This document shows, piece after piece, positions 1 to 6,979 of a stretch of DNA of 32,000 bases. Location: contig APJZ01000007.1 in NCBI GenBank assembly GCA_000387965.1, forward strand, positions 7,240 to 39,239, written 5' to 3'. The translations under genes were made by a program, and so were the position numbers. How positions within the stretch are numbered: position 1 is the first letter of the stretch; each line of letters opens with the position of its first letter. Source of the DNA: Candidatus Nanobsidianus stetteri (GTDB taxonomy: Archaea > Nanobdellota > Nanobdellia > Nanobdellales > Nanobdellaceae). Under the pieces are notes generated by a model, which was given only the letters and a program-made list of their open reading frames with translations, was not told the DNA's origin and ran no database searches.

Positions 1-656
1 GCTGTAGGAGAAAAAGATCCTGAATAAATATATCCATTCCATTCATCAAATGTATTATTAAAATATCCATATGCTATAAATGTATAATTACCATTATCAT
101 ATCCTGAAATTACCTGAGGAGAAGCACCAACATATGGATAATATTGAGAATAATAATTAGCATTATTTGGCCCTATATACATATATATTGTTATATTACT
201 ATTAGCAGGAATTCCATTTGGTATATTTACCCACCAAACATCACAATATATACTTCCATTAATTAATTGACCTTCATACCATGAATATAAAATATTTCCA
301 GAACCATTTACAAAATATACATTTTGTCCATTTGAATCTATTTCATTAAATAATGTTAGATTATTTATATATGCAAAACTATTACCAATATTTATGCTTC
401 CATTACATATTGCTATATCTTGTTGGAATGGAGAAGGAGTAGCTTTAGATTGAGTATTTGATATAAAAATAGGATATACTCCAGAATCTGATGCGGCAAT
501 ACAATAATATATATTTCCTTGAGTTAATGTTATACTATTTGCTTGAGCACTATTACTTCCAACAACATCTGCTCCGACTTGTGAATATATATTAAATGTA
601 GAAATTAACAATAGAAAACTTATTATAGCAAAATATAATATTCTTTTTATTCCCAT
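1..656 (-). CDS. Secreted protein with N-terminal signal-like segment and a DUF2341/LamG-like region; C-terminus runs off the window start
   Basis: Absent from the ORF track because the window edge truncates it. Hand translation of the minus strand from the ATG (complement of 654-656) gives MGIKRILYFAIISFLLLISTFNIYSQVGADVVG..., with no in-frame stop down to position 3. A later segment, ...PFQQDIAI...NVYFVNGSGNILYSWYEGQLINGSIYCDVWWVNIPNGIPANSNITIYMYIGP, resembles the core of DUF2341-type archaeal surface proteins. That family call is from memory. Confidence 0.6.
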   Translation of the reverse strand, partial: MGIKRILYFAIISFLLLISTFNIYSQVGADVVGSNSAQANSITLTQGNIYYCIAASDSGVYPIFISNTQSKATPSPFQQDIAICNGSINIGNSFAYINNLTLFNEIDSNGQNVYFVNGSGNILYSWYEGQLINGSIYCDVWWVNIPNGIPANSNITIYMYIGPNNANYYSQYYPYVGASPQVISGYDNGNYTFIAYGYFNNTFDEWNGYIYSGSFSPT

Positions 657-729
657 GAAATATTAGAAAATATTATCCAATATAAAATTATGATTGTTAA
701 TAAGTTTTATCATTTATGATAATCGAACC

Positions 730-802
730 CGGGCCCGGGGGGATTCGAACCCCCGATCTTCGGGTTAAAAGCCCGACGCTTTACCAACTAAGCTACGGGC
801 CC
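730..802 (-). tRNA. tRNA-Lys (anticodon UUU)
   Basis: Reverse complement of 802..730 reads GGGCCCG TA GCTT AGTTGGTA AAGC G TCGGG CTTTTAA CCCGA AGATC GGGGG TTCGAAT CCCCC CGGGCCC G. This gives a perfect 7-bp acceptor, 4-bp D stem, 5-bp anticodon stem and 5-bp T stem, with anticodon TTT centred in a 7-nt loop. There is no intron and no encoded CCA. It is a GC-rich island in AT-rich DNA. Confidence 0.93.
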
Positions 803-827
803 AATATAAATTTTATGATAAAAAGAA

Positions 828-835
828 ATTATAAA
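828..835 (-). promoter_or_regulatory. Candidate TATA box for the tRNA-Lys gene
   Basis: The minus strand reads TTTATAAT about 26-33 nt upstream of the tRNA 5' end, inside the 33-nt spacer after the FKBP stop codon. TATA-like strings are common by chance in this AT-rich DNA. Confidence 0.25.
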
Positions 836-1414
836 TTATTCTATATTATACTCTTTTATTTCTGGTATGAAATTTTTTATAATTTCTTTCTGTTCTTTAC
901 TTAAATTCAAATCTTTAACATTTATAGATATTTTTTTATTATTCTCATCAATATTTACATCAATATTATTTTTAGAAATATTATATGTTATACTTAATAT
1001 TCCCAAAATTTTTTCTTTTAAATCCGTAACTTCTCTATTTAATTTTATTACATATAATAGATCTTTACCAGCATATGGATGGTTAAAATCTACAATAACT
1101 CTTCCACTATTTACAGATCTTATAATACCGACCATATTATCTACATTTACAACCAAATTTGGTATTGGATTTATATTTCTTTTATAAAATTCGCTAATAG
1201 GTATTATTTTAATTAAACTTGGATCTCTTTCTCCAAAAGGTCTTTTTAATAAAAAGCTATATTCTTTCCCATATTCTGCATTAATTAACCTTTCTTCAAT
1301 CTCTTTATTCAATATATTATATCCTAAAGGCATTATCACTGGTTCATTTGTTTTTTCCAATAATCTATTATCTTGATCATATATTGAATACTCGATCTCA
1401 ACCCACTTTACCAT
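836..1414 (-). CDS. FKBP-type peptidyl-prolyl cis-trans isomerase (archaeal short FKBP/SlyD-like with insert-in-flap region)
   Basis: 192-aa ORF. It contains ...RVIVDFNHPYAGKDLLYVIKL..., the DFNHPLAGK-type FKBP signature. N-terminal VEIEYSIYDQDNRLLEKT... and GERDPSLIKIIP are typical of archaeal FKBPs. Confidence 0.85.
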   Translation of the reverse strand: MVKWVEIEYSIYDQDNRLLEKTNEPVIMPLGYNILNKEIEERLINAEYGKEYSFLLKRPFGERDPSLIKIIPISEFYKRNINPIPNLVVNVDNMVGIIRSVNSGRVIVDFNHPYAGKDLLYVIKLNREVTDLKEKILGILSITYNISKNNIDVNIDENNKKISINVKDLNLSKEQKEIIKNFIPEIKEYNIE

Positions 1415-1509
1415 TGATGAAAAATCTAAATAAAATTTATATAAATTATTTAAAGTTTTTGATTATCTAAAAAGGATAATTTTATTAATTTTATTTTCAA
1501 AAAAATTTA

Positions 1510-2583
1510 ATGGTTAATGATACGGAGATTTTTGATAAAGAATTAGAAGAATATCTAGCACAGGCAACAAAGAGGATAAAAGTTATCGGATGTGGGGGTG
1601 GAGGAAGTAATACAATTTCTACATTATATAGTATGGGAATTGAAGGTCCAGAATTAATAGCAGTAAATACTGATGTTAGACATTTGTTAATAACAAAAGC
1701 ACATAAAAAAATATTGGTAGGAAAACAATTAACAAAAGGCTTAGGTGCAGGAAAAGATCCTAAAGTTGGAGAAGAGGCTGCAAAAGAATCAGAACAAGAA
1801 TTGAAAAAAGCAATAGAAGGTTCTGATGTTATATTTATAACTTGTGGTCTAGGTGGAGGAACTGGAGGTGGTGTAGCTCCAGTTGTTGCCGAAATTGCAA
1901 AAAAGATGGGAACATTGGTAATTGCTATATGTACATGGCCTTTCTCCGTAGAAGGTGCAAATATATGGGATAATGCTTTATATTCTTTAGAAAAATTAGA
2001 AAACAATGTTGATTTATTGGTAATTATTCCAAATGATAAATTACAAGCTTTATATCCAAACATTCCATTAATGCAAGCATTTAAAGTTGCAGATTCGTTA
2101 TTGGCAAATGCATTAAAAGATCTAACAGAATTATTAACAAAACCAGGATATATAAATGTAGATTTTGCAGACTTTAGATCAATTGTAGCTGGTTCTGGAT
2201 ATGGTGTATTTGGAGTTGGAGAATCAAATTCAGAAAATAAAGCTACAGAAGCTGTTCAAAGAGCATTAAACAATCCATTAGTTGATGTAGATGCTACGGG
2301 AGCAAAAGCTGCATTGGTAAGAATTGTTGCATCACCAGATGTAACACCTACTGATATAAATAAAATATTAGATACAGTAAAATCTGTATTAGATCCAAAG
2401 GCAAAAATAATACAAGGTATTACATTTGAAGAAGATAAAAAGAACTATGTAAGAGTATCATTAACAATTACAAAATTAAAGGCTCCTCCATCATTTGTAT
2501 TAGGAATAAAATCTGGTGAAAAAGAATTAAAACCTGAGGAACAGAAAAAATTAGAAAGCGATCTTGGAATTGAAGTTATTTAG
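1510..2583 (+). CDS. ftsZ: Cell division GTPase FtsZ
   Basis: 357 aa with IGCGGGGSNT (N-terminal G-box), the tubulin signature GLGGGTGGG, and NTD...L / IPND motifs. Confidence 0.95.
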   Translation: MVNDTEIFDKELEEYLAQATKRIKVIGCGGGGSNTISTLYSMGIEGPELIAVNTDVRHLLITKAHKKILVGKQLTKGLGAGKDPKVGEEAAKESEQELKKAIEGSDVIFITCGLGGGTGGGVAPVVAEIAKKMGTLVIAICTWPFSVEGANIWDNALYSLEKLENNVDLLVIIPNDKLQALYPNIPLMQAFKVADSLLANALKDLTELLTKPGYINVDFADFRSIVAGSGYGVFGVGESNSENKATEAVQRALNNPLVDVDATGAKAALVRIVASPDVTPTDINKILDTVKSVLDPKAKIIQGITFEEDKKNYVRVSLTITKLKAPPSFVLGIKSGEKELKPEEQKKLESDLGIEVI

Positions 2584-3013
2584 ATTTTTCTATTAATTTT
2601 AAGCTATTTATAGGTACATTTAATTGTAATGGAACTGGAACATCAATTAATTCTATTGTTACTTCCTTCTTCTTTTCATCTATATTTATTATTTTTCCTC
2701 TAGTTCCCTTAAATGCTCCAGATAATACTTCTACTATATCATTTATATCATATTTAACCTTTTCTTCTTCAAAGTATTTCAATAAATCTTCTATTGGAAT
2801 TTCTTGAGGTATTACTCTTTTAACATGTCTTATTCCCAATACAGCTCTCTGTAATTCTAAAGAATTTGTTGTTTCAACAAATAGATATCCTTTTACACCA
2901 GGTATTTGCATTATAGAATATATAGCATACTTTCCATTTTTTCCTTCATTTGCTAAAATATCTGCTACAAGCTCTTCTCTCCCAGATGTTACAACTATGG
3001 CGTATATTGGCAT
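2576..3013 (-). CDS. spt5: Transcription elongation factor Spt5 (archaeal NusG)
   Basis: 145 aa. NGN-like N-terminus IYAIVVTSGREELVADIL...GYLFVET and a KOW-like C-terminus IVEVLSGAFKGTRGKIINIDEKKKEVTIEL. It lies directly downstream of secE, as in the conserved secE-nusG pair. Its stop overlaps the ftsZ stop convergently by 8 nt. Confidence 0.9.
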   Translation of the reverse strand: MPIYAIVVTSGREELVADILANEGKNGKYAIYSIMQIPGVKGYLFVETTNSLELQRAVLGIRHVKRVIPQEIPIEDLLKYFEEEKVKYDINDIVEVLSGAFKGTRGKIINIDEKKKEVTIELIDVPVPLQLNVPINSLKLIEKSK

Positions 3014-3180
3014 ATCATTATACTATACTGTAAACTTATAAATATAGGCAATACAATGGCAGCAACCAAAGCAAAGAATAATAATGTGACATAAACCAAT
3101 TTCTTTACTTCATCCCAACTAGGTTTATTGGCTGTTTCATATACCTCTCTCATTTCCTTTATACTATCAATAATACCCAT
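2995..3180 (-). CDS. secE: Preprotein translocase subunit SecE (Sec61 gamma)
   Basis: 61 aa with ...NKPSWDEVKKLVYVTLLFFALVAAIVLPIFISL, i.e. a KP..E motif followed by a single C-terminal TM helix. Supported by synteny with spt5 (19-nt overlap). Confidence 0.7.
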   Translation of the reverse strand: MGIIDSIKEMREVYETANKPSWDEVKKLVYVTLLFFALVAAIVLPIFISLQYSIMICQYTP

Positions 3181-3220
3181 CTATATAATCTTTAAAATAT
3201 ATTTTAAAAAACAAATCTAT

Positions 3221-3700
3221 ATGGGAAAGGAAGTTATAGAATTATTAGTAGAAGGTGGAAATGCTAAACCAGGACCAAACATAGGACCAAAATTGAGTCA
3301 ATTAAAATTAAATGTTGGAGAAGTAATAAGTAAAATAAATGAAGCTACAAAAGAATTCAAAGGTCTACAAGTACCTGTAAAAATAATAGTAGATACAGAA
3401 ACAAGAAAATATGAAATAGAGGTAGGATTACCACCAACATCATCATTATTAAAAAGAGAAGCAAATATAGAAGTTGCAAAAAGAACAAAACCAGATGAAG
3501 TAGTTGGAAATGTTACAATAGAACAAATAATAAAAGTCGCAAAAATGAAAATGAAAGATTTAAATACCAATAATTTAAAATCTGCAGTAAAAATGGTTCT
3601 AGGAACTGCTTTATCTATGGGATTAACAGTAAATAATAGAAATCCAAAAGAATTAATAAAGGAAGTAGATCAGGGTTTGTATGATAATCTATTAAAATGA
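3221..3700 (+). CDS. rpl11: 50S ribosomal protein L11
   Basis: The ORF track begins at 3128, but conserved L11 sequence begins at the internal ATG at 3221 (MGKEVIELLVEGGNAKPGPNIGPKLSQLKLNV...). The 31-aa extension is hydrophobic, overlaps secE on the other strand and is not L11-like. Confidence 0.92.
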   Translation: MGKEVIELLVEGGNAKPGPNIGPKLSQLKLNVGEVISKINEATKEFKGLQVPVKIIVDTETRKYEIEVGLPPTSSLLKREANIEVAKRTKPDEVVGNVTIEQIIKVAKMKMKDLNTNNLKSAVKMVLGTALSMGLTVNNRNPKELIKEVDQGLYDNLLK

Positions 3701-3701
3701 T

Positions 3702-3854
3702 ATGTTTGATATTTTAAGTTTTTTTATTGGTCTAATATCTGGGATAATTATATCATTTATTATAATCTTTCTGATTATAAGACATTATATAAAGAAATAT
3801 TTCTCATCTAAAAAATCAATAAGGGATATAATAGAGCTATTTGCTAAAAAATAA
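3702..3854 (+). CDS. Possible 50-aa single-TM micro-protein (hypothetical)
   Basis: Hand-translated as MFDILSFFIGLISGIIISFIIIFLIIRHYIKKYFSSKKSIRDIIELFAKK*. Its ATG lies 1 nt after the L11 stop. It fills an otherwise unusually long 185-nt L11-L1 gap and ends just before the TATA-like box of L1. It is below the ORF-track size cut-off. Confidence 0.3.
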   Translation: MFDILSFFIGLISGIIISFIIIFLIIRHYIKKYFSSKKSIRDIIELFAKK

Positions 3855-3885
3855 TTTTTAAATATATTCCATATTTCATTTTTCT

Positions 3886-4539
3886 ATGGATGTTAAAAAT
3901 ATACAATCACTCATAGAAAAATCAAAAAAGAGAAGATTTAAACAAACAGTAGAATTAATAATTAATTTAAAGAAAGAATATGATTTGAACAAAAGTGAAA
4001 ATAGATTTACAGAATATGTTGAATTACCTAAAGGTAGAGGAAAGAAAGTAAAAATTGCTGCAGTTGTTGGACCAGAATTAGAAAAATCTGCAAAGGAAAT
4101 ATTTGATTTTGTATTAGTTAAGGATAAAATAAAGGAAATTGCTGAAAATAAGAGAGAAGCAAAAAAATTGGTTAGGAGATATTATATTTTTGTAGCTCAA
4201 GCATCAACTATGGCAGACTTGGGAAGATATTTGGGTAAATATTTATCTACAAAAAATAGAATGCCAAATCCAAAATATGGTATGATAATTCCAGATAATG
4301 CAAATCAAGATTTCTTAAGATCAATTTATAATAGATTACAAAATATGGTTAGAGTTGTTGTAAAGAATCATAAAACTATTGGTATACCAATTGGAACTGA
4401 GGATATGAAATACGAAGATATATTGGAAAATGCTAATCATGTACTAGAATATTTTATTAATAGAGTTCCTGGAAATAAGAATAGCATAAAGAGTGTTTAT
4501 ATAAAGCTAACAATGAGTGATTCTATAAGAATAATGTAA
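3886..4539 (+). CDS. rpl1: 50S ribosomal protein L1
   Basis: 217 aa with ...ADLGRYLGKYLSTKNRMPNPKYG..., matching the L1 LG..LGPRGKMP.P motif. It sits in the canonical L11-L1-P0 position. Confidence 0.9.
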   Translation: MDVKNIQSLIEKSKKRRFKQTVELIINLKKEYDLNKSENRFTEYVELPKGRGKKVKIAAVVGPELEKSAKEIFDFVLVKDKIKEIAENKREAKKLVRRYYIFVAQASTMADLGRYLGKYLSTKNRMPNPKYGMIIPDNANQDFLRSIYNRLQNMVRVVVKNHKTIGIPIGTEDMKYEDILENANHVLEYFINRVPGNKNSIKSVYIKLTMSDSIRIM

Positions 4540-4540
4540 A

Positions 4541-5404
4541 ATGGTATCCCAACAAAAAATATTATATGTAAATGACCTATATTCTAAATTATCAAATTCT
4601 AAGGTAATTGGAATAGCGAATGTAATGGATATCCCAACAAATTCTTTACAAGTAATTAGAAAAAAGCTAAAGGAAATGGGTATTGATGTAAAAGTTGTTA
4701 AAAAGAACCTTTTCGTTAAATCTTTAGAAAAAATTAATGATCAGAATATCAAAAAAATGATAGATATAATTGAAGAAAATAAAAGAATTACAGTTCTATT
4801 GATATTACCAAAAGAGGAAATAAATCCATTCGTATTAAACAAAATATTGGAAGAAAATAAAAGTTATAGAGCAGCTAAAGAAGGAGATATATTGGAAGAG
4901 GATGTAATAATAAGAGCAGGACCAACCAATTTAACACCTGGTCCTGTATTAACAGAATTAAAGAAATACAATATAAAAACAAAGGTTGAAAATGGAAAAA
5001 TTGTTATAACCGAAGATGCATTAGTAGCAAAAAAAGGTCAAAAAGTTGATAGTGGTCTGGTATCATTATTACAGAAATTTAATATAACTCCAATACCTGT
5101 AAAAATAAAATTGTTATTAGTATACGATGGAAAAACATTATATACATATGATATACTATCAACACCTTTAGAAGAATATATAAATCAATTAAGATCTGGA
5201 TACAGAAAAGCAATATCACTAGCAGTAGAAATTTCATATCCAACAAAAGAAAATATAAAGATATTATTAACCAAAGCATATCAAAACCTAGTAAAATTAT
5301 CATTAAATACTGGAATACCAACAAAAGATACAATAAAAGATTTATTGAAAATTACAAACAGAAGATCTATAACATTAAAAGAAAAGCTAAATATTAAAGA
5401 ATAG
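4541..5404 (+). CDS. rplP0: 50S ribosomal stalk protein P0 (L10)
   Basis: 287 aa. It starts 1 nt after the L1 stop, is in canonical order, and contains ...IRAGPTNLTPGPVLTELKKYNIKTKVENGKIVI..., typical of archaeal P0. Confidence 0.85.
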   Translation: MVSQQKILYVNDLYSKLSNSKVIGIANVMDIPTNSLQVIRKKLKEMGIDVKVVKKNLFVKSLEKINDQNIKKMIDIIEENKRITVLLILPKEEINPFVLNKILEENKSYRAAKEGDILEEDVIIRAGPTNLTPGPVLTELKKYNIKTKVENGKIVITEDALVAKKGQKVDSGLVSLLQKFNITPIPVKIKLLLVYDGKTLYTYDILSTPLEEYINQLRSGYRKAISLAVEISYPTKENIKILLTKAYQNLVKLSLNTGIPTKDTIKDLLKITNRRSITLKEKLNIKE

Positions 5405-5504
5405 ACTTTTTAATATTTATAGTTTTACATAGATAATTTAGTTTTATTTTTTAGTAAATACATTACCAGTAATATTTATAAATATTTCTATGATATTTTT
5501 ATAT

Positions 5505-6107
5505 ATGTCACCACAAAATGATTATAAATTAACTGATAAAGCTACGATAAAAAACCTTGAGAGTATATTAAAAATACTTGGTGATGTAAAACCAGTATTA
5601 ATAGGTGGAATAGCTGTAGCTGCATATGCACATTATTATAATATAGATTATGATAGAAAAACTAGAGATATAGATTTTATAATAAATGAAAGTAAAAAGA
5701 TAGATACAAAAGTAATGATATATAAAAAATTATCAGACGTATCTATTAAAGAAGGACAAATATTTGGATATGATGGAATTGAAATTGAGTATAGAGATGG
5801 TCCTAGCATAAGTATATTATTTAAAGATAAAGAAGTGCCATATAATGAGATAGAACTAAAAATGGGAAAAAGAAAAGTAAAATTATATATTGCTAAGATG
5901 GAATATCTTTTAGTAGATAAAATATTTACTTATTTAGATAGAGGAGAAGAAAAAGACCTTAAAGATATAGAAATTCTATCTTATTTAATGAAAAAATATG
6001 GTTATGATAAAGGATTACTTGACAAAATATTTGATGAATATTCTAAAGAATATAAAAAATATTCTTTAGAAGCTAAGAATATTATGGAAAAAATATTATC
6101 GGAGTAA
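5505..6107 (+). CDS. Putative Pol-beta-fold nucleotidyltransferase-like protein (AbiEii/DUF6036-like), copy 1 with intact motifs
   Basis: The ORF track starts at 5490. Alignment with the paralogue and a TATA-like AATATTTATAAATA about 27 nt upstream favour the ATG at 5505 (MSPQNDYKLTDK...). It contains VLIGGIAVAAYAHYY...DRKTRDIDFII (GG ... R.T.DID, an NTase-like pattern) and EEKDLKDIEIL near the C-terminus. The functional call is tentative. Confidence 0.6.
   Translation: MSPQNDYKLTDKATIKNLESILKILGDVKPVLIGGIAVAAYAHYYNIDYDRKTRDIDFIINESKKIDTKVMIYKKLSDVSIKEGQIFGYDGIEIEYRDGPSISILFKDKEVPYNEIELKMGKRKVKLYIAKMEYLLVDKIFTYLDRGEEKDLKDIEILSYLMKKYGYDKGLLDKIFDEYSKEYKKYSLEAKNIMEKILSE
5982..6098 (+). repeat. 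Near-identical 117-nt tract, copy A (3' end of paralogue 1)
   Basis: tatttaatgaaaaaatatggttatgataaaggattacttgacaaaatatttgatgaatattctaaagaatataaaaaatattcttt[a]gaagctaa[g]aatattatggaaaaaatatta matches 6690-6806 with 2 mismatches by eye. Flanking coding sequence is much more diverged. Confidence 0.85.
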
Positions 6108-6194
6108 CCGTATTTATTTATTTTTCATAATCAAAGATTTAAAAGATCTTTTATTAGTAAAATTTGTAAATACTTTCTTAACTTATTATTATAT

Positions 6195-6851
6195 ATGTTA
6201 AATATAGAACCACGAAAAAGTTACAAATTATCTAATAGAATTGCGATAAGAAATCTTGAAAGAATATTAGAACTACTTGACGATGTGGAACCTGTATTAA
6301 TAGGCAAAATAGCTGTAGTTGCATATGAACATTATTATGGCTTACGTTATAACAGAATATTTAAATATATAGAAATTGCAATAAGCAAGCGTAAAAAGAA
6401 ACATATAAAAGAAATATTATATGATCCAACATATACAGAAGAAACAAAATATATAGAAGAAATAATATTTTATGATCATAACATTAAAATTATATATGAA
6501 AAGGGTCCCAGCATAATTATATTATTTAAAGACAAAAAAATACCTTATAATGAAATAGAACTAAAAATAGGAAATAGAAAAATAAAATTACGCGTAGCTA
6601 AACTTGAATATCTATATGTAGACAAAATATTCACTTATTTAAATGAAAAAGATAAACAAGGAGATTTCTATAGTATAAAAGTACTTGGCTATTTAATGAA
6701 AAAATATGGTTATGATAAAGGATTACTTGACAAAATATTTGATGAATATTCTAAAGAATATAAAAAATATTCTTTGGAAGCTAAAAATATTATGGAAAAA
6801 ATATTAAAAGATATAAAAGAGTCGGATATATTAGAGTTAGATACATTATAG
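6195..6851 (+). CDS. Paralogue of 5505-6107 with the putative catalytic motifs substituted
   Basis: 218 aa, collinear with copy 1. GG becomes GK, RKTRDIDFII becomes RIFKYIEIAI, and EEKDLKDIEIL becomes DKQGDFYSIKVL. The C-terminal 39 aa (YLMKKYGYDKGLLDKIFDEYSKEYKKYSLEAKNIMEKIL) are identical to copy 1. Confidence 0.65.
   Translation: MLNIEPRKSYKLSNRIAIRNLERILELLDDVEPVLIGKIAVVAYEHYYGLRYNRIFKYIEIAISKRKKKHIKEILYDPTYTEETKYIEEIIFYDHNIKIIYEKGPSIIILFKDKKIPYNEIELKIGNRKIKLRVAKLEYLYVDKIFTYLNEKDKQGDFYSIKVLGYLMKKYGYDKGLLDKIFDEYSKEYKKYSLEAKNIMEKILKDIKESDILELDTL
6690..6806 (+). repeat. Near-identical 117-nt tract, copy B (3' part of paralogue 2)
   Basis: See 5982-6098. The two differences are A/G in tcttt[a/g]gaa and G/A in gctaa[g/a]aat. 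Confidence 0.85.
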
Positions 6852-6872
6852 AAAAATATTGTAAAATTTTTA

Positions 6873-6922
6873 TCAGCGTAGCCGTATTCATCATTTTTTC
6901 AGTTTCAAGCCAACCACATCAT
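6873..6922 (-). ncRNA. Candidate C/D box sRNA (2'-O-methylation guide)
   Basis: The minus strand reads 5'-ggagaata ATGATGT ggttggcttgaaa CTGA aaaa ATGATGA atacggctacg CTGA taaaaatt-3'. This is a C box (one mismatch to RUGAUGA), a 13-nt guide, D' CUGA, a 4-nt spacer, a perfect C' AUGAUGA, an 11-nt guide and D CUGA. Box-to-box length is 50 nt, matching archaeal C/D sRNA architecture. It is intergenic and relatively GC-rich. Confidence 0.5.
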
Positions 6923-6929
6923 TATTCTC

Positions 6930-6979
6930 CCCTACCTGGAGGAACTGGTTCATATATCCCCAGTGCATGGCAGGTAGGG
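6930..6979. other. GC-rich nested hairpin (unassigned structured element, possible ncRNA)
   Basis: CCCTACCTG (6930-6938) pairs perfectly with CAGGTAGGG (6971-6979). Inside, ACTGG (6944-6948) pairs with CCAGT (6060+900: 6960-6964) around an 11-nt loop. It is the most GC-rich non-tRNA intergenic stretch in the window and abuts the C/D candidate. Confidence 0.4.

Noticed and set aside
719-729. GGGTTCGATTA immediately 3' of tRNA-Lys as a duplicated T-arm fragment or integration scar
   Set aside because: It is only about 9 nt of loose similarity to the T-loop, too short to distinguish from chance.
716-904. 62-aa plus-strand ORF (MIIEPGPGGIRTPDL...)
   Set aside because: It is the antisense reading of the tRNA-Lys gene plus AT-rich spacer, and the tRNA fold fully explains the GC-rich stretch.
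1497-2063. 188-aa minus-strand ORF antisense to ftsZ (contains PPPVPPP)
   Set aside because: It is a shadow ORF. The Pro run is simply the reverse complement of the FtsZ GGGTGGG codons, and ftsZ on the plus strand has unmistakable motifs.
3128-3220. N-terminal 31-aa extension of L11 suggested by the ORF track
   Set aside because: The extension is hydrophobic, overlaps secE on the other strand, and conserved L11 sequence begins exactly at the ATG at 3221.
6139-6152. Perfect palindrome AAAAGATCTTTT between the two paralogues as an operator
   Set aside because: Short A/T-rich palindromes are expected frequently by chance in this composition, and there is no second copy or partner site.
6930-6979. 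Hairpin as the dif site for the adjacent XerA, or as an att site of an integrated element
   Set aside because: Known Xer dif sites are about 28-bp imperfect palindromes with a 6-8 bp spacer. Here 9-bp arms are separated by 32 nt. I found no matching direct repeat elsewhere in the window, and the recombinase has XerC/D-type domain features rather than those of a phage integrase.
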